From positions 512,001-576,000 of the forward strand of contig JAZIGN010000003.1 of NCBI GenBank assembly GCA_036679065.1: a stretch of 64,000 nucleotides of DNA, written 5' to 3'. Origin of the DNA: Coprothermobacterota bacterium. GTDB taxonomy: Bacteria; Coprothermobacterota; Coprothermobacteria; Coprothermobacterales; Coprothermobacteraceae. Shown here piece by piece: positions 36,831-46,923 of this stretch (position 1 is the first letter of the stretch; each line of letters opens with the position of its first letter). The position numbers were made by a program, and so were the translations under genes. The notes below the pieces were generated by a model. It was given only the letters and a program-made list of their open reading frames with translations. It was not told the DNA's origin and did no database searches.

Positions 36831-36842
36831 AATATTCCAGAG

Positions 36843-39209
36843 TTACGTTGAGTTTTTCTTCTGGTCTTTCTTTTCTGGTTTCTTAGATTGAGGGTTAGGG
36901 TCTGGTTTTTGATTCGGAGTAACTGGTGAAGTTGGTGTTATGGGTTCAAGTTCCGTTGGTGTCTCCTGTTCTTGCTGTTCTTCTGGTTCTTCTGGTTCTT
37001 CTACTTGTTCTTCTACTTGTTCTTCCTCCTCTGGAGGCGGTTCAGGTATGAATTCACACTCTTCCAAAGGTGGTTCCTGTTTGGTCGGTACTGGCCATAG
37101 AACTTTTACAGGCTGAAATGTGGAGCAGTCTGCATTGTAAGTCACTGTTAGATCTGCACTAAGCGACAACGTCTTCCAACTCACAGGAGACGTTTGTAAG
37201 GGAACTGCTTCTGGTTTTGTGATGCTGCTAACAGGTTTCTGGCTACCTCCACCCAGCAGCTCTGAATCCTTGAAGTTCACCGTTACGCTTACTATGTTTT
37301 TGGGTTTACTCAAAGCTGGCCCTACTGGGATAAGTTTTGCTTTGAACAGATCTCGTGCAGTGTATCCCCATAGCCACATACCAGGATGTTTTGTGGTCAT
37401 GTTTTTATAAGCTCCCTTTACTTCTGGTATGTCAGCATCTATGCCCACTGTGAGGGCGTACACGAAGTTGGTGGAATAACCCACATACCATGAGTCTTTC
37501 CATGAACTCGTTGTACCGCTCTTACCAGCTAAGAACCTGCCGTCAACAGCGGCTTTAGGCGTATAGGCATTACCCATGAACATGCTGTGAAGCATGTCAC
37601 TCATCACATACGCTGTGGATTCGTCAATAACTTTGTATTTCCAAGGTGTTTGTTTGTAAATTGTTACACCTACGCTATTCTTCACTTCCTTTATGAAAAC
37701 AGGTTCCACAGCGTATCCACCGTTGGCAAAGGGTGCATAGGACAGTGCCAGGTTAAGAGGAGTAATTTCATTTACCCCAATGGCAGTACTTGGAACCGGT
37801 CTGACCTCTTCAGTGATGCCGAATTTCTTTGCATAGTACTGCACTGCGTCGATGCCTACCAACAGTGCTGTTTTTACGGCTGCAATGTTTGATGATCTAA
37901 CAATCGCTTCTCTCACAGTGATTTGTCCCCACCAAGTGTTGTTGAATTCGTGGGGACTCCAGGTGTCGCCTGGTATGGGCACCTTAATCGGTTCAGAAAC
38001 CCATGTGTCGAATGGTGTAAGCATGTTCATTTGAACTGCTGCCGCATACTCAATGGGTTTAAATGAAGATCCTGTTGCGCGTGGTGCGATGGCTCTGTTG
38101 TATTGCGTTTCGGAATACTTTCTCCCACCTACCATGGCAAGTACTTCACCGTTTCGTGGATCTATTATGATTGCACCTGGCTGTGGTTGTCTAACACCCT
38201 TATCATCTAAAACTACTGTCCCAGTTATGGATTTATCACGTTCATCCAAGTATTCTTCTATGGAACTTTGTAGTCCTTCAATGAGTTTCACGTCAAAGGT
38301 GGTGTATACAGACAGTCCACCGCTAAATGTGAGATCTGTCCCAAAATTCTCAACTAAAAAGTTCTTAATGAAATCCAGTGCGTAGCCTTTGGCATCGAGC
38401 TCCACCAGAGAAGTTTGTGAAAGCTCAATTGTTTGGTTCTTTGCTTCTTCATACTCCTCCTCAGAGATGGCTTCTATGGATAACAGTTTATTTAGGACAA
38501 CATTTCTGCCATTTATGGCAGCCTCCAAATTACTTGTTGGGGCCCGTACAGAGGGTGCAGGTAGAATGCCTGCAAGTAATGCAACTTCTGACAATGTTAG
38601 TTCGCTAGTGTGCTTACCAAAATAGTGCTGAGCAGCAGTCTCTACCCCATAGCATCCGTCACCAAAATAGACCATATTTAGATAAAGCTCTAGTATTTGA
38701 TCCTTTGTGTATCTTTGTTCTAGTCTGTAAGCAAGTACAAATTCCTTCAGTTTCCTATCCATGGACGTTTCCATTCCCAAGTTAAACATGACTCGGGCTA
38801 ACTGCTGGGTTATGGTACTTCCACCCTGCTGTATGGAACCATGCATGAGATTGGTTAAAGCCGCCCTTATGAGTCCAATCCAATCCACGGGACCGTGACT
38901 GTAGAACCTGTGGTCTTCAGAACCCACAAAAACTTTCTTTACCAAAGGGCCCATTTCTTCCAAAGAAACGTATTTGTAAGGAGCACTGCTCCCTAAATAG
39001 CCGATTACGATACCATTGCGATCGTATACAACGCTGGGTTCTTGTATGTCCAGCTTTACTTCGTCTGGTTGGGGCAAATCAGCTGCCAAAGTTCTAATGA
39101 CATTAACTGCATAGACAGCTACCGCTGACGCTATTATGGCAAAGATCAGAAAAATTACTCCAAATACTCTTGCCCACCTAATGCGGTGCTTGTTCTTTGA
39201 TTTAGCCAT
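36843..39209 (-). CDS. Class A penicillin-binding protein (transglycosylase/transpeptidase, PBP1A family)
   Basis: EDHRFYSH, GGSTITQQL, RKLKE, YLN.VYFG; SSFK, SSN, KSG; Pro/Glu-rich tail. Confidence 0.95.
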   Translation of the reverse strand: MAKSKNKHRIRWARVFGVIFLIFAIIASAVAVYAVNVIRTLAADLPQPDEVKLDIQEPSVVYDRNGIVIGYLGSSAPYKYVSLEEMGPLVKKVFVGSEDHRFYSHGPVDWIGLIRAALTNLMHGSIQQGGSTITQQLARVMFNLGMETSMDRKLKEFVLAYRLEQRYTKDQILELYLNMVYFGDGCYGVETAAQHYFGKHTSELTLSEVALLAGILPAPSVRAPTSNLEAAINGRNVVLNKLLSIEAISEEEYEEAKNQTIELSQTSLVELDAKGYALDFIKNFLVENFGTDLTFSGGLSVYTTFDVKLIEGLQSSIEEYLDERDKSITGTVVLDDKGVRQPQPGAIIIDPRNGEVLAMVGGRKYSETQYNRAIAPRATGSSFKPIEYAAAVQMNMLTPFDTWVSEPIKVPIPGDTWSPHEFNNTWWGQITVREAIVRSSNIAAVKTALLVGIDAVQYYAKKFGITEEVRPVPSTAIGVNEITPLNLALSYAPFANGGYAVEPVFIKEVKNSVGVTIYKQTPWKYKVIDESTAYVMSDMLHSMFMGNAYTPKAAVDGRFLAGKSGTTSSWKDSWYVGYSTNFVYALTVGIDADIPEVKGAYKNMTTKHPGMWLWGYTARDLFKAKLIPVGPALSKPKNIVSVTVNFKDSELLGGGSQKPVSSITKPEAVPLQTSPVSWKTLSLSADLTVTYNADCSTFQPVKVLWPVPTKQEPPLEECEFIPEPPPEEEEQVEEQVEEPEEPEEQQEQETPTELEPITPTSPVTPNQKPDPNPQSKKPEKKDQKKNST
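36978..37025 (+). repeat. Short in-frame tandem repeats encoding the PBP Glu/Pro-rich tail
   Basis: (TTCTTCTGG)x2 then (TTCTTCTACTTG)x2, encoding EEQVEEQVEEPEEPEE on the minus strand. Confidence 0.7.
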
Positions 39210-39257
39210 AGTAGAATAACATTATAACGCACTTCATAACAGGAGGTTTTATCCAAA

Positions 39258-40454
39258 TTGGACATATCAAAACAGGTTGAAATCCTCAAGAAGAATGTAG
39301 TGGATCTTATCACTGAAGAAGACCTCAAAGCTAAACTTGAAAAAGCAAAGGCAGAAGGGAGACCTTTAAGGGTTAAGCTGGGAGCAGATCCTTCTGCCCC
39401 TGACTTGCACCTGGGACATTTGGTTGTGTTACGAAAGCTTCGACAGTTCCAAGAGTTTGGACACCGTATCGTATTCATCATTGGTGATTTCACAGCATGC
39501 ATAGGTGATCCCACAGGCAGAAACAAGACCAGACCACCACTAACTGAAGAGGAAGTAAAAATGAACGCTCAAACCTATCAGGAACAAGTATTCAAAGTTC
39601 TCGACCCCGAGTTGGTGGAAATAAGGTTCAATAGTGAATGGAATGCACCTTTGAGTGCACGTGACGTCATATTGGATTTGGCTTCACGTTACACCGTCGC
39701 TAAGCTTTTGGAAAGAGACGATTTCAGCATGAGATATAAAGGTGGAATCCCCATCTACGTGCACGAACTTCTGTATCCTTTGTTTCAGGCTTATGATTCC
39801 GTTGCTATACAAGCTGATATTGAATTAGGCGGTACAGATCAAGTTTTCAATCTTTTAGTAGGACGGGACCTTCAGCAAAGCCATGGGCAGGAACCTCAAG
39901 TGGTAATGACACTTCCACTCCTTGTTGGGCTTGATGGTGAGAAGAAGATGTCAAAGTCTTTAGGGAATTATGTTGCTTTCAATGACCCGCCTAAAGACAT
40001 GTTTGGTAAACTTATGAGCATTCCTGACAATCTTATGCCAAGCTATTTTAATTTACTTACTGACTATTCTGAAGAAGAGATTAAAAGAATACTGTCTGGG
40101 CATCCACGGGACGCAAAATTAAAGCTTGCCTGGTCTATAACCTCGTTCTTTTATGGTGAAGAAGAAGCCACACACCAGCAAGAAGAATTCCTAAGAGTTT
40201 TCTCGCGTCGAGAGCTCCCGGAATACATGGATGCATATGAAATTGAAACGTTATATAATGAAGGAGTGAAAACAATAACAGACCTTTTGGTATTCATCGG
40301 TGCCGCGTCCAGTAGAAGTGAGGCGAAACGATTGATAGCAGGAGGAGGCGTACAGCTCAATGACACCAGAATTGACGACCCCATGGCTCCCCTGCAACTT
40401 ACGCCTGGAAGCGTGCTTCGTGTAGGTAAACGAAAGTTTTTCAAATTTGTTTAG
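39258..40454 (+). CDS. tyrS: Tyrosine--tRNA ligase
   Basis: GADPSAPDLHLGH, GDPTGR, YPLFQAYDS, GGTDQ, KMSKS, C-terminal S4 domain. Confidence 0.97.
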   Translation: MDISKQVEILKKNVVDLITEEDLKAKLEKAKAEGRPLRVKLGADPSAPDLHLGHLVVLRKLRQFQEFGHRIVFIIGDFTACIGDPTGRNKTRPPLTEEEVKMNAQTYQEQVFKVLDPELVEIRFNSEWNAPLSARDVILDLASRYTVAKLLERDDFSMRYKGGIPIYVHELLYPLFQAYDSVAIQADIELGGTDQVFNLLVGRDLQQSHGQEPQVVMTLPLLVGLDGEKKMSKSLGNYVAFNDPPKDMFGKLMSIPDNLMPSYFNLLTDYSEEEIKRILSGHPRDAKLKLAWSITSFFYGEEEATHQQEEFLRVFSRRELPEYMDAYEIETLYNEGVKTITDLLVFIGAASSRSEAKRLIAGGGVQLNDTRIDDPMAPLQLTPGSVLRVGKRKFFKFV

Positions 40455-40466
40455 GAGGTGACTGTG

Positions 40467-41030
40467 TTGTTAGAAATTAGGTGGCACGGACGTGCGGGAC
40501 AAGGTGTGAAGACTGCCGCATATTTGCTTGCAGAAGCTGCCATGGACACGGGTAAGTACATACAAGCTTTCCCAGAATATGGCGCTGAAAGATCTGGCGC
40601 CCCCATTGCTGCGTTTACCAGAATCGGTGATGAACCAATCAGAATACATTATGGTATTCGCACTCCTGATGTGGTAGTAGTGGTGGATGAATCCTTAATT
40701 GGTGCCATGGATGTGACCTCAGGGTTAAAAGACAATGGTATCTTACTTGTAAACACCAATCAATCTCCAGAGATCTACAGAGCCAAACTGCCTTCCTTCC
40801 ATGGCAAGATCGCTACTGTTGATGCAACGCAGATAGCGTTGGACTGTATAGGTAGACCCATACCTAACATTCCTATTATGGGTGCTCTAATTAGAGTTTC
40901 TGGCATCGTTTCATTGGAGGATTTGGAACCCAGGCTTCGTCATAAGTTCAGTGCCAAGTTTAGCGAGCAAGTAGTTGAAGGAAACGTTAAGGCGCTGAAG
41001 CGAGGCTATGAGGAGGTGAAAATACTGTGA
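40467..41030 (+). CDS. porC: Pyruvate/2-oxoacid:ferredoxin oxidoreductase gamma subunit
   Basis: EIRWHGRAGQG, QAFPEYGAERSGAP, GRPIPN; start 40464 or 40467. Confidence 0.93.
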   Translation: MLEIRWHGRAGQGVKTAAYLLAEAAMDTGKYIQAFPEYGAERSGAPIAAFTRIGDEPIRIHYGIRTPDVVVVVDESLIGAMDVTSGLKDNGILLVNTNQSPEIYRAKLPSFHGKIATVDATQIALDCIGRPIPNIPIMGALIRVSGIVSLEDLEPRLRHKFSAKFSEQVVEGNVKALKRGYEEVKIL

Positions 41031-41311
41031 GTGAACAGAAATGGAGTGAACTTCCGGAAGGCGTGGTCGTTCCTGAAGGAGGAAATTCTCAGGACGTCTA
41101 TATAGTTGAAGGGTGGAGAACGTTTAAGCCTGTTGTGAATCTTGAGAAGTGCACGCATTGCATGACGTGTTGGGTTATGTGCCCTGATAACGCAGTGAAT
41201 GTGAAGAGTGGCAAAATGCTTGGATTCGATTACCTAGCATGCAAGGGCTGTGGCGTTTGCGCAGAGGTATGCCCGGTAAAGGTAATCGAGATGGTGAAGG
41301 AGGAACGATAA
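41027..41311 (+). CDS. porD: Pyruvate/2-oxoacid:ferredoxin oxidoreductase delta subunit
   Basis: GWRTFKP, CTHCMTCWVMCPD, CKGCGVCAEVCP. Confidence 0.93.
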   Translation: MSEQKWSELPEGVVVPEGGNSQDVYIVEGWRTFKPVVNLEKCTHCMTCWVMCPDNAVNVKSGKMLGFDYLACKGCGVCAEVCPVKVIEMVKEER

Positions 41312-41313
41312 CC

Positions 41314-42492
41314 ATGAAGGTAGCTTTAGAAACCAACCAACTCATTGCCTTGGCGATGAAACAGATCGAGCCACATGTGGTTGCAGCGTACCCTATCACT
41401 CCTTCCACTGAAGTTGTTCAAGAGTTTTCTCAATATGTAGCTAATGGTGATGTTAAGACGGAGTTTGTGCCCGTAGAGAGCGAGCACTCTGCAATGTCCG
41501 CATGTTTAGCGGCCTCTCTTTCAGGTGCTCGTGTCATGACGGCAACGGCTTCTCAGGGTTTGGCTTTCATGTGGGAGATGCTTCACATTGCTGCAGCTTC
41601 CAGGGCGCCCATTGTTACCATAGTGGCTAACCGTGCACTAAGTGCGCCCATTAATATTCACGGGGATCATGCTGATGCCATGGGTGCGAGGGACACTGGA
41701 TGGCTACAGCTTTGGGCCGAAACTGCCCAGGAAGCTTACGATAACACCATCCAGGCCATAAAAATCGCTGAGGATCCAAGAGTTCGCTTTCCCATGTTGG
41801 TGAACTATGATGGTTTTACTACTTCTCATGCCGTGGAAACCGTAGAGATTCTTGACGATGAACAAGTTAGGAGCTTTCTAGGTTCTGCTCCAAAGCCAAC
41901 ATACAGCTTGCTGGATACTGAGCATCCTGCCAGTTTCGGCGTGCTTGCATTGCAGGACTACTACATGGAGTTTAGGAGAGCTCAAGCAGAGGCTTACAAG
42001 AATGTGAAGGACGTCGTTTTGGAAGTGGCTGAGGATTATGCTAAGCTTACTGGTCGCAAATACGGCATACTAGAGGAGTACAAGCTGGACGATGCAGAAG
42101 TTGTTCTAATTGCCATGAACAGTGCTGCTGGTACTGCCAAAGAGACCGTGGATTTGCTACGCAGTCAAGGAAAGAAAGTGGGAGTATTAAAGATAAGGTT
42201 ATTCAGACCATTCCCTGTGGAGGAAATTCGTTCAGCTCTTAGTAATGCAAAGTCGGTTGTTGTCATGGACAGGGCTTATACGTACGGTGGTCCATCAGGT
42301 CCCTTATTTGAGGAGATAGCGACTGCCTTGGTTAACGAAACGAAGAAGCCCTTGCTTGGCAACGTAATTGCCGGTTTGGGTGGAAGAGATATTACCATGG
42401 AAGACATTGAGCAGGTTTTCGATCTTGGCTACAAGGCTTTGGAGAAAGGTAACTTTGAGCCTTTGGTTAGCTGGGTCGGAGTAAGGGAGTGA
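41314..42492 (+). CDS. porA: Pyruvate/2-oxoacid:ferredoxin oxidoreductase alpha subunit
   Basis: AYPITP, ESEHSA, TATASQG, NRALSAPINI, GLGGRD. ATG 41314 after AAGGAGG. Confidence 0.95.
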   Translation: MKVALETNQLIALAMKQIEPHVVAAYPITPSTEVVQEFSQYVANGDVKTEFVPVESEHSAMSACLAASLSGARVMTATASQGLAFMWEMLHIAAASRAPIVTIVANRALSAPINIHGDHADAMGARDTGWLQLWAETAQEAYDNTIQAIKIAEDPRVRFPMLVNYDGFTTSHAVETVEILDDEQVRSFLGSAPKPTYSLLDTEHPASFGVLALQDYYMEFRRAQAEAYKNVKDVVLEVAEDYAKLTGRKYGILEEYKLDDAEVVLIAMNSAAGTAKETVDLLRSQGKKVGVLKIRLFRPFPVEEIRSALSNAKSVVVMDRAYTYGGPSGPLFEEIATALVNETKKPLLGNVIAGLGGRDITMEDIEQVFDLGYKALEKGNFEPLVSWVGVRE

Positions 42493-42499
42493 TAAGAGT

Positions 42500-43447
42500 A
42501 TGGCGGTGATAAATATAAAAAGCCTCACTGATTTGGAGCCGCGTTTCGTAGGTGGACATCGTCTGTGCGCTGGTTGCAATGAAGGCACCATTGTTCGCCA
42601 AGTTTTGTTAGCAGCGCACGAGTACGAAGTGGTAGTACTAAATGCCACTGGCTGTTTAGAAGTAACCACTTCTGTTTATCCTTACAGTTCTTGGAATGTG
42701 CCTTGGCTTCACGAAGCTTTTGAAAACGTTGCGGCTGCAGCTAGTGGTGCTGAGGCTGCATACAAAGCACTCAAGCGTTTCGGTGAGATTCCTGAAGATA
42801 AGCAGATAAAGTTCATAGCTTTTGCTGGTGACGGTGGCACTTATGACATTGGTTTGCAGGCCCTATCTGGAGCCTTGGAAAGAGGTCACAGCTTCCTTTA
42901 TGTTCTTCTAGACAACGAAGCCTATATGAATACAGGAATTCAAAGATCCTCTTCAACTCCTCAGTTTGCTTGGACGACTACTTCTCCTGTGGGAAATGTA
43001 AGTCCTGGAAAAGTACAGCCTAAGAAGAACATCGTGGAAATCGTTGCTGCTCACGGTGTACCTTATGTGGCTACTGCATCACCCAGTCACTATGTGGACT
43101 TAATGACCAAGGTGCAAAAAGCGTTGAGTTATGATGGTCCCACGTTCTTGGCGGTTTACTCTAACTGCAACAGGGGACACAGAAATGATACGGCTCTTTC
43201 GGTAAAAGTAGCTAGAATGGCTGTAGAAACGAACTACTGGCCTCTTTATGAGATTGAGGACGGCAAATACAGAATAACCTACAAACCTCGTAAGCCACAG
43301 CCAATTGAAGAGTGGCTGAAGCTCCAAGGTCGTTTCTCACATCTGATGAAACCCGAAAATCAGGATAAGGTTAAAGAACTTCAGGAGTGGGTCAATAGTA
43401 AGTGGGAACTGCTGCAAAAGAAAGAAGAGTTCAGTAAGACTTTGTAG
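42500..43447 (+). CDS. porB: Pyruvate/2-oxoacid:ferredoxin oxidoreductase beta subunit
   Basis: GHRLCAGC, TGCLEV, TPP motif GDGGTYDIG...DNEAYMNTGIQRS. Confidence 0.95.
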   Translation: MAVINIKSLTDLEPRFVGGHRLCAGCNEGTIVRQVLLAAHEYEVVVLNATGCLEVTTSVYPYSSWNVPWLHEAFENVAAAASGAEAAYKALKRFGEIPEDKQIKFIAFAGDGGTYDIGLQALSGALERGHSFLYVLLDNEAYMNTGIQRSSSTPQFAWTTTSPVGNVSPGKVQPKKNIVEIVAAHGVPYVATASPSHYVDLMTKVQKALSYDGPTFLAVYSNCNRGHRNDTALSVKVARMAVETNYWPLYEIEDGKYRITYKPRKPQPIEEWLKLQGRFSHLMKPENQDKVKELQEWVNSKWELLQKKEEFSKTL

Positions 43448-43475
43448 CAGCGTTGAAAAGATAGCTTTTGCAACT

Positions 43476-43515
43476 GAAAGGAGGGGCCTTCTTCTCTAAA
43501 GAGGCCCCTCCTTTC
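43476..43515. terminator. Terminator hairpin between convergent porB and the glycosylase gene
   Basis: GAAAGGAGGGGCCT...AGGCCCCTCCTTTC 14-bp stem; a weaker hairpin lies at 43452-43474. Confidence 0.85.
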
Positions 43516-44110
43516 TATTAAGTGGACATTCCTCACAACGTGGTCTCTTCTTGCAATAGTTCTTACCTACTTCCACGAAGGCAGCGTGAACCCTTTTGAG
43601 AATGTCTACGTTGGTAGCATCTTGGCCCAAAGCAGTTATTAGTAGCTGTTTTATTTGCTCGTAGTTAAATGGTTCATTCACTAAGCCACAGCTTTTCAGT
43701 ACACGATACGTGTATGCGTCAACTACCATTTCAGGTTTCCCTAGTGCGTACAGCAAAATGCTGTCTGCTGTTTCTGGTCCAATGCCCTTTATGTTCAAAA
43801 GCTCCTCACGTGGGGGTTGTGGGTTCTTTAACATGAGTTCTGCTAAGTTCTTCAACGTGGTGGCTTTTCTTCTATAAAAGCCGGCAGGACTTATCACAGT
43901 TTCTAAATCTTTCGACTCCAGAATTCTCTCCCAGTTGTTTATGCCTGATTCTTTAAGGCGCTCCATGGCTTTTGATACGTTGTTCCAACTGGTATTTTGA
44001 GTTAGTACTGCAGACACAGCAATGTCAAAAACAGAGCTTCCGGGCCACCAATCAGGGTCCGATTGAAAAGCTAAAAGGAGCGTTATGAGTGTATGCAATT
44101 TTTCGTTCAT
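43496..44110 (-). CDS. HhH-GPD endonuclease III-like DNA glycosylase
   Basis: WWP, AVLTQNTSW.NV, PAGFYRRKA, IKGIGPETADSILLYA, VVDAYT.R, C-terminal Cys cluster. Confidence 0.9.
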   Translation of the reverse strand: MNEKLHTLITLLLAFQSDPDWWPGSSVFDIAVSAVLTQNTSWNNVSKAMERLKESGINNWERILESKDLETVISPAGFYRRKATTLKNLAELMLKNPQPPREELLNIKGIGPETADSILLYALGKPEMVVDAYTYRVLKSCGLVNEPFNYEQIKQLLITALGQDATNVDILKRVHAAFVEVGKNYCKKRPRCEECPLNRKEGPL

Positions 44111-44171
44111 ATAGTGTTAGAATAATACTATCAGCTTAAAGTAATCTTAACACAAACAGGAGGAGACGCGC

Positions 44172-45347
44172 ATGGCACACTTAGCGGAAAGGCTTAATAA
44201 CTTGGGTAGCGAAGGGGCTTTTGAGGTTTTGGCAAAGACGAAGGTGCTTGAAGCCCAGGGAAAGAAGATAGCACATTTTGAAATAGGCGAGCCTGATTTT
44301 GATACACCAGAAAACATAAAGAAGGTTGCCTATGAAGCTTTGGAAAAGGGCTACACCCACTACGTTCCTTCCTTGGGTGTTCCTGAAGCCAGAGAAGCTT
44401 ACGCAAAATATGTTTCAAAGACTAGAAATGTGGAAGTAGATCCAGGACAGATCATTGTGACTGCAGGTGCGAAGCCCCTCATTTTCTACACCATGATGGC
44501 TCTTGTTAATCCAGGTGACGAAGTTATTTACCCTGATCCTGGCTATCCTATTTATTCCTCAGCAGTGAGGTTCGCAGGTGGAGTACCAAAGCCCATCGTT
44601 CTACGCGAAGAGAACGATTTTAGGCTGGATGTGGATGAACTAAAAAAGATGGTAACACCTAAGACCAAGGTCATAATAGTAAACAGTCCGCACAACCCCA
44701 CAGGAAGCGTACTTAATAAGGAAGAGCTCAAAGCCATTCTTGATTTGGCGGACGGGGAGCATCTGTTCATTCTTTGTGACGAGCTCTATCATCGTATCTA
44801 CTATGGTGGCGAGATGGCTCCTTCCATGTATGAATTTCCTGAAGCAAAAGAAAAGGTCATACTCATGGAAGGTTTTTCTAAGATATATGCCATGACAGGT
44901 TGGAGGCTGGGCTACGGAGTACTTCCTCCTGACTTGGTACCATGGTTCAGTAAACTCCAAACAAACGTTTACAGTCATGCTCCAGCTTTCGTGCAGGTAG
45001 CTGGTATTGAAGCCTATAACGGTCCTCAAGATGCTCCGAAAGCCATGGTAGAGGAGTTCAAGAGAAGAAGAGACTATATTGTTCCCAGATTGAATTCCAT
45101 GGACTTAGTGCACTGCGTAGAACCCAAAGGTGCTTTCTATGCTTGGTTGAACATAAAGAAACTTAATAGGCCTTCAAACGAAGTAGCTGAGTACTTGCTT
45201 AACGAAGCAGGAGTAGCTGTGCTGACAGGCACCTCTTTCGGAGAGTCTGGAGAAGGGTACCTCCGTATGTCCTATGCAGCATCCATGGAAGACATTAAGT
45301 ATGGTTTAGATCAACTGGAGAAATACTTGCCAAAGTTGGCAAAGTAG
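44172..45347 (+). CDS. PLP-dependent class I/II aminotransferase (aspartate/aromatic)
   Basis: IGEPDF, THY, NSPHNPTG, DELY, GFSKIYAMTGWRLGY, GAFY, LRMSYA. Confidence 0.93.
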   Translation: MAHLAERLNNLGSEGAFEVLAKTKVLEAQGKKIAHFEIGEPDFDTPENIKKVAYEALEKGYTHYVPSLGVPEAREAYAKYVSKTRNVEVDPGQIIVTAGAKPLIFYTMMALVNPGDEVIYPDPGYPIYSSAVRFAGGVPKPIVLREENDFRLDVDELKKMVTPKTKVIIVNSPHNPTGSVLNKEELKAILDLADGEHLFILCDELYHRIYYGGEMAPSMYEFPEAKEKVILMEGFSKIYAMTGWRLGYGVLPPDLVPWFSKLQTNVYSHAPAFVQVAGIEAYNGPQDAPKAMVEEFKRRRDYIVPRLNSMDLVHCVEPKGAFYAWLNIKKLNRPSNEVAEYLLNEAGVAVLTGTSFGESGEGYLRMSYAASMEDIKYGLDQLEKYLPKLAK

Positions 45348-45368
45348 ACAGATTCCGCTTACTTGAGA

Positions 45369-45410
45369 AAGTTAAGAAGGGGCCCCTTTTAGAGGGTCCC
45401 TTCTTAACTT
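45369..45410. terminator. Terminator hairpin between convergent genes
   Basis: AAGTTAAGAAGGG...CCCTTCTTAACTT 13-bp outer stem, extended by inner pairing. Confidence 0.85.
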
Positions 45411-45438
45411 ATAGGACATTAGGCCCTATAAATCGGGC

Positions 45439-46806
45439 CTACATGGTGTTAATGGGGTAGCCTAGGAGTGCAAAAGCGGATTCTTTTGCCACTTCTGATA
45501 AGGTAGGATGTGCATGAATGACTTCAGAGAGTTCTTTCACTGTCATGTTTTGCTGAAGGACGACTGCCATTTCATTGATTATTAGATCGGCTCCTACACC
45601 TGCCATCTGCACACCTAAAATTCTGCCCGTATCCGCTTCCACAATGAATTTGCAGAATCCTTCTGTTCTGTTCTTCGCCACAGCTGCTCCCAAAGCTCGG
45701 TAAGGTAATGTATAAGTTTTTACTGCTAACCCAGCTTGAGAAGCTTCCTTTTCTGTTTGCCCTATGGCTGCCAGTGGCGGGTCTGTAAACACAACCCAAG
45801 GAACTGCATGCCAATCCATTTCATTTGCTTCTCCTAGTATGTGCTTCACTGCAAAAATACCTTCGTGGGACGCAACATGAGCTAAAGCTCCTCTGGAAAC
45901 AGGAGGAATGGCCACGTCTCCTATGGCATAGGTACCTTCCTCGGAGGTAACTAAGCTGTTGTTAACTTTGATCTTTCCTCTTTCTGTTTGAACTTTATCT
46001 GTTTTGATAACCTCTGAGTTAGGGGTGCGCCCAACGCCGACAACGATCTGGTCTACTTCCAGCTCTTGGTCGTTTGTCAACGTTACTTTGAGGTGATCCT
46101 CTTTATGCTCAATGGTTTTTACTGAATTGCCCACGATGAACTTTATGCCTTTCTTGGAAAGGATTCTAGCGTAATTACTAGAAGCATCACTGTCCAGCAG
46201 CGGCATCACTTGCGGCACCAACTCCACCACAGTTAGCTCGGTACCAAAGGCTCTTAAAATGTCGCTTAGTTCCAAGCCAATAGCTCCAGTACCTACGACC
46301 AAAGCTCTTTTCGGCAGTTCTTTACGTGTGAAAAAGTGGTTACTGTTTATAATCCATTTCTTGTCAGTAGCCAGTCCGGGCAATTCTGCTGGTCTAGACC
46401 CAGTAGCAATAATGACGTTGTCAAATTCATAAGTTTGGCCGCCGGCTTCTATTCTGTGATCACCTAAATAGAAAGCTTCTGCGTTAATAAAACGAACTCC
46501 GCGCTTCTTTAGGAGGAACTCTACGCCTTTTCGCAGCTGGGCCACAGTTTTTAGCATGCGCTGTTGAACTTGCTCCCAGCTGATTTCGGCACCCTCTACT
46601 TTTATCCCGAACTGTGATGCCTCTTCAATATGGGAATAAAGCTCGGTACTTGCTAGTATGGTTTTAGTAGGTATGCATCCCAAGTTCAAGCAAGTACCAC
46701 CAACAAACTGTTTTTCAAACAAGGTTACTTCTATGCCACGCTGTGCTGCATACAGTGCTGCTTCGTAACCGCCAGGTCCTGCGCCAATTATGCCAAGTTT
46801 CACCAA
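45439..46806 (-). CDS. lpdA: Dihydrolipoamide dehydrogenase
   Basis: GAGPGG, GGTCLNLGCIPTK, ATGS, AIGD, LAHVA, HAHPTLSE. Confidence 0.95.
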   Translation of the reverse strand: MVKLGIIGAGPGGYEAALYAAQRGIEVTLFEKQFVGGTCLNLGCIPTKTILASTELYSHIEEASQFGIKVEGAEISWEQVQQRMLKTVAQLRKGVEFLLKKRGVRFINAEAFYLGDHRIEAGGQTYEFDNVIIATGSRPAELPGLATDKKWIINSNHFFTRKELPKRALVVGTGAIGLELSDILRAFGTELTVVELVPQVMPLLDSDASSNYARILSKKGIKFIVGNSVKTIEHKEDHLKVTLTNDQELEVDQIVVGVGRTPNSEVIKTDKVQTERGKIKVNNSLVTSEEGTYAIGDVAIPPVSRGALAHVASHEGIFAVKHILGEANEMDWHAVPWVVFTDPPLAAIGQTEKEASQAGLAVKTYTLPYRALGAAVAKNRTEGFCKFIVEADTGRILGVQMAGVGADLIINEMAVVLQQNMTVKELSEVIHAHPTLSEVAKESAFALLGYPINTM

Positions 46807-46923
46807 GGAAACACCTCCTTTGAGCCTATTAACTGCATTCTACCATAATTTATTGGTTATAAATTTCTCGATTAGATGCCATGGTTTAAGTTATAATTAA
46901 AGCGATATGAAGGGAGTGTGCAT

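Noticed and set aside
39210..39257. T-box leader upstream of tyrS
   Set aside because: Only 48 bp separate tyrS from the divergent PBP gene, and no T-box consensus is visible.
41239..41313. N-terminal extension of porA
   Set aside because: It overlaps porD; a strong AAGGAGG supports ATG 41314.
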